64,000 nt of DNA from positions 1 through 64,000 of the forward strand of contig NW_021837034.1 of NCBI RefSeq assembly GCF_006345805.1, written 5' to 3'. Both the position numbers and the translations under genes were made by a program. The notes beneath the pieces are model-generated. The model worked only from the letters and a program-made list of their open reading frames with translations, was not told the DNA's origin and did not search any database. The stretch is from Octopus sinensis. Its lineage: Eukaryota. Each line of letters starts with the position of its first letter. Position 1 is the first letter of the stretch. This document shows positions 52,071 to 63,136 of the stretch, in pieces.

Positions 52071-52130
52071 AGATATATAGATAGATAGATAGATAGATAG
52101 ATATAGATAGATAGATAGATAAATATGTTT
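51500..52130. repeat. Compound (GATA)n/(GA)n/(TA)n array
   Basis: Long GATA runs interleaved with GA and TA runs. Confidence 0.95.
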
Positions 52131-52367
52131 ATAATATTTGAAAAGAAATTTTGGTATAGATTTGTTGCTGATTATCTTGTGGTGGTGGTGGCAAGCGGTG
52201 GTGTTGGTGGTGCTGAGAGGGATTACATCATACAGGAGACATATATTTCATATTTTACCTTTTACTTGTTTATTTTTCGTCTGTAGCTAGCTATGTGACA
52301 CACAAACCTGTGTCGATTGCAACCTTTGAATAGGGGAGGTCAGCAGCTTCTCGTTGCTTGTTCAAAA

Positions 52368-52410
52368 TCCACAGACTAGTTTCGGGGTTTTTGCCCCTTA
52401 TCAATGTGAA
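52368..52410 (-). ncRNA. Decayed minimal hammerhead ribozyme (second family)
   Basis: Minus strand reads UUCACA-UUGAUAA-GGGG-caaaaa-CCCC-GAA-ACUAGU-C-UGUGGA. All three helices are intact with a GUC triplet, but there are two core transitions (C3U, G8A). Confidence 0.65.
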
Positions 52411-52749
52411 GCAGCCAAACCCAGCAGGCATCACTGCTGACTGTCTGTTCAAAAGGTTATTTACCTATATTCAGTGGAATACATATACAAATATACATGG
52501 TGTATTCCAGAAGGAGTGTTTTAAGAGAGGCATTTACAGCTGTTTTACATCTGTTTCACATCTGCTTTACATCTGTTCTTGGTAATTGTAATTTTAGTTT
52601 ATTGTTACTATAAATCTAATAAGCTGATCTGCCGAATTGTCTTATTCAGAGATTGAAGGAGACAGCTGTAACAGTACTTCAAACACATCCTAATAAATAC
52701 TATTTATCACAGCAGCTTAGAGTACACTCAGGAGATGAGGACAATTTGG

Positions 52750-54245
52750 GAGATTGCTTATACAATAAAGTTTTGAGTTAAACTGGGAGAAACTGTACAG
52801 AAACTTATGAAATGCTCCAAACTGGTCATGGATTAACTTGTATGAGCCAAGCATCTGTTTTTTTGCTGTCACCAGAGGTTCAAGGACAGTAGAGAGACGG
52901 TGAGAGACGATGAGAAGTGTGGGAGAGAGTTGAACGTCAGAACATCAGAGCTGGCTGAGAAAATTCACAATTTTCTGAATGTAGATCATCATGTGTCTAT
53001 AAAAACAATAAACATACAATTTGCAGTTGGTGTTGTTACTGTACACAGAATTATTCATGAAGATATGAAAATGTGCAAAATTTGTGTAAAAATTTGTCGA
53101 AAATATGTCAAAATTTGTGTAAAAATTTGTGTAAACTGTGCAAAATTTGTGTAAAAATTTGTGCAAAATTTGTGTAAAACTCAGTGGAAAATTTGTGTAA
53201 AAATTTGTGCAAAATTTGTGCAAAATTGTGTAAATATTTATGTAAAATTTGTGTAGAAATTTGTGCAAATTCATGTAAAAATTTATGTAAAATTTATGTA
53301 AAAATTTGTGCAAAATTTGTGGAAAAATTTGTGTAAAATTTATGTAAAAATTTGTGAAAAATTTATGTAAAAATTTGTGAAAAATTTGTATAAAAATTTG
53401 TGCAAAAATTTGTGTAAAATTTTGTGCAAAATTTGTGTAAAAATTTGTGTAAAAATTTGTACAAAATTTGTGTAAAAATTTGTGTAAAATTTATGTAAAA
53501 ATTTGAGTAAAACTTTGTGCAAAAATTGTGTAAAGATTTGTGCAAAATTTGTGTAAAAATTTCTGCAAAATTTGTGTAAAAATTTGTGCAAAATTTGTGT
53601 AAAAATTTGTGTAAAATTTATGTAAAAATTTGTGAAAAATTTATGTAAAAATTTGTGAAAAATTTGTATAAAAATTTGTGCAAAATTGTGTAAAATTTTG
53701 TGCAAAATTTGTGTAAAAATTTGTGTAAAAATTTGTACAAAATTTGTGTAAAAATTTGTGTAAAATTTATGTAAAAATTTGAGTAAAACTTTGTGCAAAA
53801 ATTGTGTAAAGATTTGTGCAAAATTTGTGTAAAAATTTCTGCAAAATTTGTGTAAAAATTTGTGCAAAATTTGTGTAAAAATTTGTGTAAAATTTATGTA
53901 AAAATTTGTGAAAAATTTGTGTAAAAATTTGTGCAAAATTTCTACAAAATTTGTTCCCAGAGAGCTTAGTGATGAACAGAAGGAAAGATGTGTTAGAAAC
54001 AGCAATGAGATTGTGTAGCTCATTACCAAGAGTACTTGGACCTCTGGTGACCTGCGATGAAAGCTGGATCTACTATTTTGATCCAGAGACCAAGAGACAG
54101 TGCACCCAATGGAAGCATTCTGGCTTCCCCAGACACATGAAGGCCAGGAAAAGCATGAAAGCTCATGATGACCTTTTTTCAACAGTAAAAACATCATCTA
54201 CACCCATTAGGTTCCATCGGGCCAGTTGGTCAACAAAGAGTACAC
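52750..54245 (+). pseudogene. Decayed mariner (Tc1/mariner) transposase, split by a satellite expansion
   Basis: Frameshifted translation gives IKF*VKLG..TETYEMLQTG..HQRFKDSRETVRDDEKCGR..TVHRIIHEDMKMCKICVK, then after the satellite KFVPRELSDEQKERCV..LVTCDESWIYYFDPETKRQCTQWKHSGFP..FFNSKNII..VPSGQLVNKEY. This is the mariner HTH, the WVPHEL-like linker and the first catalytic D motif. It carries stops and frameshifts. Confidence 0.92.
53071..53953. repeat. 11-12-bp satellite (AAAA[A]TTTGTG[C/T]) with ~276-bp higher-order repeat
   Basis: Continuous tandem units are visible. Diagnostic variants GAGTAAAAC (53505/53781) and GATTTGTGCA (53535/53811) recur 276 bp apart. Confidence 0.95.
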
Positions 54246-54844
54246 TCTAAGCTTTCACAGCCCTTGATCTAGGGCAACATTGAGGAGGTAATGACTGGGA
54301 GACAAAGGGCTGCCCAGCACAAAGCTAGTACGAATTTTCAGCACCTTGAAAGCTATGCTAGTGGAGTGCAAGCTACTGACAGGGTCTTCCATGCTGGACA
54401 AGTCAAAGGATAGAGGCCAGGCTGATATGGATCACTTTGTCTCAGAGGTAAAAGTGGGTTTCCTTGGGGCCAACATCCCTATCTAGAAAAAAGCAAAGTT
54501 ACAGATGTATTGATGGCAGTTCAAATCCAGCTGGACCTGACAGGAGAAAGCCTTCCCTGAGGGAAACATAGGCAGGATATTGAGGCAGAGCTGTAAAAGC
54601 AGGGATTCAGCTGGAAGGGAGCTGAAAAGAGATTAGAGATTAGTAGAGAAGGATTATCAATGGTTTAAGTTTCATAAGGATTGAAGGGCTCAAGTAAGCA
54701 GTAGACTGGAACATTGTGAAAGGAAGCAGCTTAGTGAAGCACACAACACGTCATCCACTCCAGAAACTGAACCCATGACCTTATGATCATGAGCCCAACA
54801 CCCTGACCACTGGGTCATGCACTTTCAAACACACACACACATAT

Positions 54845-54888
<44 letters not shown>

Positions 54889-55974
54889 ATCTTTTGCTAA
54901 TGTATTGCCTGGCAAAGGATGTAAACATTGGTGAGGAGACCAAAAGAGCCAGGCTCTTTGACTAGAGTTTCTTGCAATGTTTGCCCTGGATTCAATTCAA
55001 CACTTCCTTGTCATTCTCTGCCAAAATGCTATGGAACTATGATTTGTTCATTAGAAGCATGAGTATCCAAAATTTGTACAGCAGGATTTATAGCTGTTGG
55101 CATTTAGGAAGTTTGGCAATCATCCATTCCAGAAAAATGGTGCCTTGGAAGCTAGGCTGACACAAATTTTAGACAAAGATTATTAGGGAGCAGAACAATG
55201 TTTAGGGAACACAACAGGCATTTAGGGAGTCTGACAAAAACTTATTCAAGAGAATGACACTTTAGAATTTAATCAAACATTTTTTTCTAGGAAATAACAT
55301 TTTAGAAGCTAGGATCCATTGAAAAGGGATTTGGCTGGCAATGGGCTCCTTCATTATAGACGGGGGACACAAATTAGTGTTAAGGGTACAATAGATCAGT
55401 TGCCTGCTTAATGGTGTTATAGTAGGAAGTATAAGCAATCTCATCAAAATCTTTACAAATGAATCTAGTGAATTGGGAAGCTAAACCCCAACATTATCGG
55501 ATGGGAAAAAACACGAGTAAGAGACAGAAAGGTTCATTGTTCACAAATTATAATATATTAAACATGAAGAGGTACATCTATAAAATTGACAACTTTCCCA
55601 TACATTCCTTGTTCTTCTTGTGAAGTAGGTTTTTATTTTTATTTTTATTTATTTCCTTTCATTTTCTTCCTTACATATTTACATTCACTTTTTCCCATAC
55701 TAGTCTAGACTAGATGTTGTACTTTTTTTTATTTCCTTCTATAAATTCAAAGAATCTATTGAGGTAAAACTTGTCTGACCTTCCATCATAATTTCATTCA
55801 TGACTCTCATGAATTATAAGAAAATTCAATTACATCCCCCCAGACATCATTGTTGCTTTATTTCGTTGACCCCTGGAAGGTCAAACAACAAATGTCCCTT
55901 CAGTACTGTATGAAACTAGAATGGACAAGAAGGACCATGGCCAAATATTACAAGGCAATTTGTCCAACATACTC

Positions 55975-56380
55975 TTACTCTTTACTCTTTTACTTGTTTC
56001 AGTCATTTGACTGTGGTCATGCTGGAGCACCACCTTTAGTTGAGCAAATTGACCCCAGGACTTACTCTTTGTAAGCCTAGTACTTATTCTATTGGTTTCT
56101 TTTGCCGAACTGCTAAGTTACGGGAGCGTAAACACACCAGTATCAAGCAATGTTGGGGGGACAAACACAGACACACAAACATGTACACACACACATACAT
56201 ATACGTATATATACATATATACGACGGGCTTCTTTCAGTTTCTGTCTACCAAATCCACTCACAAGGCTTTTATCAGCCCGAAGCTATAGTAGAAGACACT
56301 TGCCAAGGGTGCCACACAGTGGGACTGAACCCAGAACCATGTGGTTGGTAAGCAAGTTACTTACCACACAGCCACTCCTA
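55975..56380 (-). mobile_element. SINE family C, full length
   Basis: Reverse complement of the family C consensus. Confidence 0.92.
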
Positions 56381-57118
56381 CGCATTACATACAAGTAATT
56401 CTGTCATCTCTTGCGGTGAAGTGATTGATTTGCGTTTTGATGGAAATATTTTGCTCGATCGCCAATTGTTATGACGATACGTTTTCACACTACAACCGTG
56501 TAGTAACAATAAAACATATGATGAAGCTGGGTAACAACAATACAACAATCCAACAAACTCTTCACAAACGATACACAAACCAACAAGCGATATTCCAACA
56601 AACTACCAAAACGACACCTTACAACTTCCTGCGATTAATGCCTGCTCTGTTTCCCAATCTCACCTGGACTGCTACCATTTTTAGTCGTTTGGTTTGTCTA
56701 TTCTTGCAGGAGGTGTCATGACTCTCACCACAACACACTTAAATCTATTGCTGTAAAGGAACAGCAAAAGACTAATTCCTTATTCTCTGTGGCCTGCTGT
56801 TTGCTGCGGTAGATTGTAACCTCTCTATGGTGTTAATTTCCTGTGAAAGCATGAAGCCCAGTATCTTTTTATCTTTTACCTGTTTCAGTCATTTGACTGT
56901 GGCCATGCTGGAGCACGACTGTTTAGTCAAACATATCGACTCCAGGACTTATTTTTTGTAAGCCTAGTACTTATTCTATCAGTCTCTGAACTGCTAAGTT
57001 ATGGGGACATAAACACACCACATCACTTGTCAAGTGACGGTGGAGGGACAAACACAGACACACAAACATATACGTTATTTACATTTGACAGATATTTGTC
57101 CTCATCTTGTTTGTTGTT

Positions 57119-57164
57119 AACACAACGTTTCGACTGATATACCCTCCAGCCTTCATCAGGTGCC
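57119..57164 (-). ncRNA. Minimal type I hammerhead ribozyme (Penelope-type), intact core
   Basis: Minus strand reads GGCAC-CUGAUGA-A-GGCUG-gagggUAUAU-CAGUC-GAA-ACGU-U-GUGUU. Helix I is GGCAC/GUGUU, helix II is GGCUG/CAGUC, helix III is the palindrome ACGU, and the cleavage triplet is GUU. Confidence 0.75.
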
Positions 57165-57269
57165 TTGGGGAAATTTCAAACCTGGGTTCTCGTTTCTAAG
57201 ATATTTTTCGATGTTGTTCTTGTGGGCAATTATGGCTTATAAATCTAATATTTTCCTATCTTTCCTTAA

Positions 57270-57335
57270 TATGGTGTAGTGGTTAAGAGTGTGGGCTACT
57301 AACCCCAAGATTCCATGTCCGATTCCAGGCAGCAA

Positions 57336-57409
<74 letters not shown>

Positions 57410-57550
57410 GCATAGAAAAATACCTTAGGAATGAGAACCCAGGTTTGAAATTTCTCCAAAACTCCTGATGAGGGCTGGATGGGTATATCAGCCGAAACAT
57501 GTAAACATCAAACAAGATGAGGACAAATATCTGTCAAATGTAAATAATGT
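57270..57550 (+). mobile_element. Composite non-autonomous element: tRNA-like head + (AAT)n + hammerhead-bearing tail
   Basis: A-box-like TGGTGTAGTGG (57272), B-box-like GTCCGATTCC (57317), (AAT)~22 (57341-57407), then a 140-bp tail that is the reverse complement of 57072-57212. Confidence 0.6.
57460..57505 (+). ncRNA. Hammerhead motif, sister copy with broken helix I
   Basis: CUGAUGA-G-GGCUG-loop-CAGCC-GAA-ACAUGU-A. Core, helix II and a palindromic helix III are present, but the flanks (ACUC / AACAU) do not pair. Confidence 0.55.
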
Positions 57551-58189
57551 AAATAATGGAATCAAAGATGGAAAAATTGGTAATGGGTGTATATGCATAT
57601 ATCAGTAATAATGTGTATGTGTGCATATGTTTGTGTGCATATTTGTGTCCCTATACCTTAGTGGTTTAGTGAGACCAATAAAATAGGCACCAGGCTTACA
57701 AAATAAGTACCTGGGATCAATTCATTTGGCTAAACCCTTCAATATGGCACTCCAGCTTGGCCACAGTCCAACGACTGACACAAGTAAGAGATTTTATGGT
57801 TCTTTTCCAAGCAAGACAACTCATTCCATCAGCTTTAGTTTACTTAGATGGGGTTACAAGAAATGAAGATTTTTGCTCAAGAACACAACACACCACCTAA
57901 TCCAGGAATTGAAACCACAACCTCACAGCCGAGAGTGCAACACCCAAACCACCAGGCCAAGTACCTTCATCAGCAAGACATGTAGCAATTTGCCATTCTC
58001 ATTGGTGATGGTCGGTGATCAACATCTAGGATTTACAATGCTGTGTTGTCCTCCCACACTGGACCTATTTACAGATTCTGGTGGATGGTGAGGAGGCTGG
58101 CAATCATCTCTGGCTTACAATGGTGTGCTGTACTCCTCCTACATTCTATCTGTTTACAGGAATCCAAATCAAGATTAATGGCAGTGGTG

Positions 58190-58490
58190 GTAGAAGTGGC
58201 GGCGGTGGTAGTGGTGGTGGCAGTGGTGGTGGTGATGGTGGAAGTGAAGGTAGAAGTGGCGGCAGCAGCAGTGGTGGAGGTGATGGTAGTGGTGGTGGTG
58301 GTAGTATGAAAGTGATGGTGGCAGTGGTGATGGTGACGGTGGTAGTGGCGATGGTTGGCGTTGGTTGTGCTGGTGGTGTTGGTGTTGTGGGGTGGGAGTG
58401 AGGTGATGTGGTGATGGTTGTGGTGGCAGTGGTGGTGGTTGTTGTTGTGCTGGTGGTGGTGATGATGGCAGTAGTAGCTGTAACAGTGGT
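58190..58490. repeat. (GGT/GAT/GGC)n triplet low-complexity tract
   Basis: Degenerate GGT repeats. Confidence 0.9.
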
Positions 58491-59221
58491 CATCTCTAAC
58501 CTCACAAGAGAGCTGTCCCACCTTTAGTAAGGTGAATCAAGCGTCAACCAGCTTGACCCAAGACACAGATTAACTTAGCAAGATTGAATATCAACTGTTT
58601 GGCTTCCATCTTGCAGAATGATCACCACCATCATCATCATCGTTTAACGTCTGCCTTCCATATTAGCATGGGTAGGACAGTTTCACAAGAGCTGGCCAGG
58701 CCAAAGCCTGCACCAGACTTCTGTGACTGTTTTGGCAGGAGTTTTACAGCTGGATGCCCTTCCTAACATCAAGCACTCAGTAGAGTGGACCTAGTGCTTT
58801 TTATGTGGCACTAGCACAGGCAAGGTCAGTTTTGGCAAGGTTTTTACGGCTGGATGTCCTTCAGAATACCAACCACTTTACAGTGTGGACTGAGTGCTTT
58901 CAAGTGGCACCTGCACTGACAGGGTCACCAAGTACTTGCAAGACAAAAAAAAATGAGCATTGGAGGAGGTGATCTTGTGTTGGATGATGAAAAGGTTATA
59001 ATGAGACAGATACAGGTGTCTTGCTTAAAAGAAAGTACAAGGTTACCTGGCCAGAGAGAGAAATATCAGGAATGCTCCAGAAACAAACATGATTGCAGTT
59101 TCCTCTGGTTAATTACTTTAAATTTAATTAGAAATTGCTTGTGTTACGTTTAATTCTGTCTTTCGCAATAGTTTCATTAGAGACAAGCATCCTATCCCGG
59201 TGGATATTTATCTCATCTTTA

Positions 59222-59602
59222 TTCTTTTACCTGTTTCAGTCAAATGACTGTGGCCATACTGGTGCACCACCTTAAAGGGTTTTAATCGAACAAATCGACC
59301 CCGGGCTTATTCTTTGTAAGACTAGTACTTTGTCTATCACTCTCTTTTGCCAAACTGCTAAGTTACAGGTATGTAAACACAGAAACATTGGTTCTCAAGC
59401 AATGGTGTGGGGGTACAAACAAACACAAAGGTACACTCACATAATATGTATGATGGGCTTCTTTCAGTTTCCGTCTACCAAATCCACTCACAAGGCTTTG
59501 GTTGGCCCAAAGCTATAGTAGAAGACATTTGCCAGAGGTGCCATGTAGTGGTACTGAACCCAGAACTATGTGGTTGGGAAGCAAGCTTCTTACCTCATAG
59601 CC
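59222..59602 (-). mobile_element. SINE family C
   Basis: Reverse complement of the family C consensus; forms an inverted pair with 59825-60217. Confidence 0.9.
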
Positions 59603-59824
59603 ACAGTAAACAATATCACAGAAACTAGCCTCACACCAGTCAACTGAAGAGGTTTATGAGGGGAGATAATCATTAATAGATATCCTTAACTATTTTTCTT
59701 TTATTTGTTTCACTCACTGGACTGTGGTCATGCTGGAGCAGTGTTTTGAAGGGTTTTGTTGAAGAAATAGGTTCCAGTATTGATGCTTGTTTTTTTAAAA
59801 TCTAATATTTATTCTATCAAAGGT

Positions 59825-60217
59825 GCAAGACTGGCTGTATGGTAAGTAGCTTACTTACCAACCACATGGTTCCGGGTTCAGTCCCACTGCGTGGCACCTT
59901 GGGCAAGTGTCTTCTACTATAGCCTTGGGCCGACCTAAGCCTTGTGAGTGGATTTGGTGGACAGAAACTGAAAGAAGCCCGTCGTATATGTATAAATATA
60001 TATATATATGTGGGTTTATATTTGTGTGTCTGTGTTTAATCCCCCCAACATCACTTGACAACCGATGCTGGTGTGTTTACATCCCCGTAACTTAGCAGTT
60101 CAGCAAAAGAGACCGATAGAATAAGTAGTAGGCTTACAAATAATAAGCTCTGGGGTCGATTTGCTCAACTAAAGACAGTGCTCCAGCATGGCCACAGTCA
60201 AATGACTGAAACAAGTA
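59825..60217 (+). mobile_element. SINE family C
   Basis: Co-linear with 10547-10923. Further whole or partial C copies lie near 1925(-), 6400(+), 7632(-), 11610(-), 12310(+), 14105(-), 17625(-), 19505(+), 20608(+), 30420(+), 39770-40230, 56868(-) and 62525-62870. Confidence 0.9.
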
Positions 60218-61189
60218 AGGGAGTAAGGGAGGGAGTATCTTTTGCCAAACAGCCAGGTCACAGGGATGTGAACAAACCAACACGGGTCATCAAGCAGTGA
60301 AGAGTGACAAACGTTGACACAAACACACAAACACAAACATACATCATCATGAACATTGTCATCATCATGGTCATCTTTTAATGTCCGTTTTTCATGCAGA
60401 TATGAGTTGGATGGTTTGACAGGAACTGTCAGTCAGAAGACTACACCAAGTTCCATTGTCTGTTGTGGCATTGGCTTCTACAGCTGGATGCCCTTCCTAA
60501 TGCCAACCTCTTCACAGAGTGGACTGTGTGCTTTTTATGTGGCACCAGCTCTAGTGAGGTTACCATGTATCTTGAAGACAAAAGCCTTCGATATAGTGAG
60601 GGAACAGTAATGAGGGACAAAAGAAGTTGTCTTGCATTAGAAGGGAAACGTGGGTACCTCAGGTGGGGGAGAGAGAGAGAAAGAGAGAGAGAGGCGAGAA
60701 AGTGTGGGGAGAGAGAAAGAGAGTGGTGAGAAAGAGGGGCGAGAGAGAAAGGGAGAGAGAGGTGAGAAGGAGGGAATGGAGAGGCAAGAAGATGGGAGAG
60801 AGAGAGAGAGGGGGAGGAAGGGAGTGGTGAGAAAGAGTGGAAAGAGAGAGAGAGAGAGGGGGAGGAAGGGAGTGGTGAGAAAGAGTGGAAAGAGAGAGAG
60901 AGAGAAAAGATGGTGAAGATGTGACAGGGAAGGAGACAGGAATGAGTGCACTGGAGACTGGACAGAGTGAGAGGGCAAATAGGCTTCTTTCAGTTTCTAT
61001 CTACCAAATCCACCAAGAAGGTTTTGACCAGCCCAGAACTATAGAAGAAAACACTTTTCCTGAAAGCCACACAGTGGGACTGAACCTGAAACCATGAGAT
61101 TGTGAAACACACAGCCATATCTGCATTGATCAAGCAAATAGAATGTATAAAATCACTCTTTTCATGTTGTATTTGATAAGTTTCCCCTT

Positions 61190-61498
61190 TGTTATTGTTT
61201 GTTCCTTCGCAAGCCATGCCTGGCTCATAAGGGCCGGTTTCCCGGTTTCCTAGGCATATAGGTTCCCCACCTGGATGGGATGCCGGTTTGTCGCAGGTGT
61301 GCTGCATGATGCAGGAGGAAAGAGTGAGAGAAAGTTGTGACGAAAGAGTCAGCAGAAGTACACCATTACCTTCTGCCGGGGCCGCGTGGAGCTTAGACGT
61401 TTCACTTATTAACACACACATCACCCGGTCTGAGATTTGAACGCGTGATCCCTTGACTGCGAGTCTGCTGCTTTAGCCACTAGGCCATGTGCCTCCAC
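61190..61498 (-). mobile_element. SINE family B variant
   Basis: Reverse complement of 7202-7510 along its whole length. Confidence 0.9.
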
Positions 61499-61749
61499 TA
61501 AGTTACCTCTTTGCTCTCTTAAAAAGAAATGTTATTTCCAACTTCCCTTCTCTGAATGTGCCCTGGTTGATCTAATGTGACCTGTGGGCTATACACTCTG
61601 AAGGCTTAATGTTACAGAGTAATTAACACACAATCGAATTGTACACGACACATGTCTTCACAAAAAAAGATCAATTACACACTGTGCACAATATATATAA
61701 CTGTGTGTGTGTGTGTGTATATGTATATATGAGAGAGAGAGATAGATAA

Positions 61750-61792
<43 letters not shown>

Positions 61793-61902
61793 TATATAAT
61801 ATATATATGCACACATATACATATAAATACAGATATATATATATCTAAGCAGACACATACACACATATATGTATACACTCTATTAAAATATCTATCTATA
61901 TA

Positions 61903-61996
<94 letters not shown>

Positions 61997-62871
61997 CACA
62001 CATATATATATGAAAGAATATATATCTCTGTGTACACTATATGCAATATACATACATACATATTTATATACACACACATACACACAGTTAAAGACAATAT
62101 ATATGTATATGTATGTGTTTGTATGTGTTTTTATAGAAAGAAATCCAAAGTAATTGTACATGTTCTGTCGGAATCGTTGGCTGTCGGAGTTATAATGCCG
62201 TTCTCTTTAATAATGTATTGCATGTTTGACATACAATCAAATTACACTGTGTAACATTAAACATTTTTTCCCTTCCCTTTCCTGATATCTGCTTATAATT
62301 TCCATAAGATGTCTACCCTGCAAGGTATTCTCATTTATCAACTAATATTTTATCTTTTTGCAGCTTTTGTTATAAATGCCTTCATTTTTTAAAATTATTT
62401 TTTTTACCTTTTTTCAAGGCTATATTTGTTGATTTTATTTTATTTATTTTATTTTTTTTTGGTAATGGTGGAATGCAAAATGTCATTTGTCCATATTATC
62501 TTTCATCTGTTATTGCTCCTGTTATCTCTTACTTGTTTCAGTCAAGAGTCTGTGGCCAGGCTGGGGCACCACCATGAAGTGTTGTGCAACCACATTCCTT
62601 TTCTTTTTTTTTTAAAGTCTGCTTCCCATTTTATTGGTTTCTTTTGCTGAAGTGCCAATTCTTGGGGATGTAAACCAACCAACACCTGTTATCAAGCAAG
62701 GCTGGGGTACGGTGAACATGACACAAAAGCATACATAGGAGCAGCTGTGTGGTTCCAGGTTCAGTCCCACTGCATGGCACCTTGTGCAACTGTCTTCTGC
62801 TATAGCCTCAATTCAACCATGCCTTGTGAGTGGACTTGGCAGACGGAAACTGAAAGAAGCCCATTGTATAT

Positions 62872-62938
<67 letters not shown>

Positions 62939-63060
62939 ATATATATTTAAAATAGTAAGGGTGAAAAATCGAATATTAATTTGATTAATATCAATTTAAA
63001 ACCTGTGGTCTAGCATATTAAAATCTGAAGATTCAGAAAAATTATATTACATACATATAA

Positions 63061-63136
63061 GAGGGATGACCACTACGTGGACATCATAGCGGATCTACTT
63101 CTAGCATAATGCATGTCCACGTAGTGGTCATCCCTC
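63061..63136. repeat. Perfect 24-bp inverted repeat with 28-nt spacer
   Basis: GAGGGATGACCACTACGTGGACAT (63061-84) and ATGTCCACGTAGTGGTCATCCCTC (63113-36). Confidence 0.92.

Noticed and set aside
52945-54197. 285-aa and shorter minus-strand ORFs
   Set aside because: Antisense translation of the satellite and mariner fossil.
54890-55450. Possible Penelope GIY-YIG coding remnant on the minus strand
   Set aside because: Only vague motif traces among many stops; not distinguishable from noise by eye.
58043-58521. Gly/Ser-, Val-, Pro- and Thr-rich ORFs
   Set aside because: (GGT)n low-complexity DNA open on both strands.
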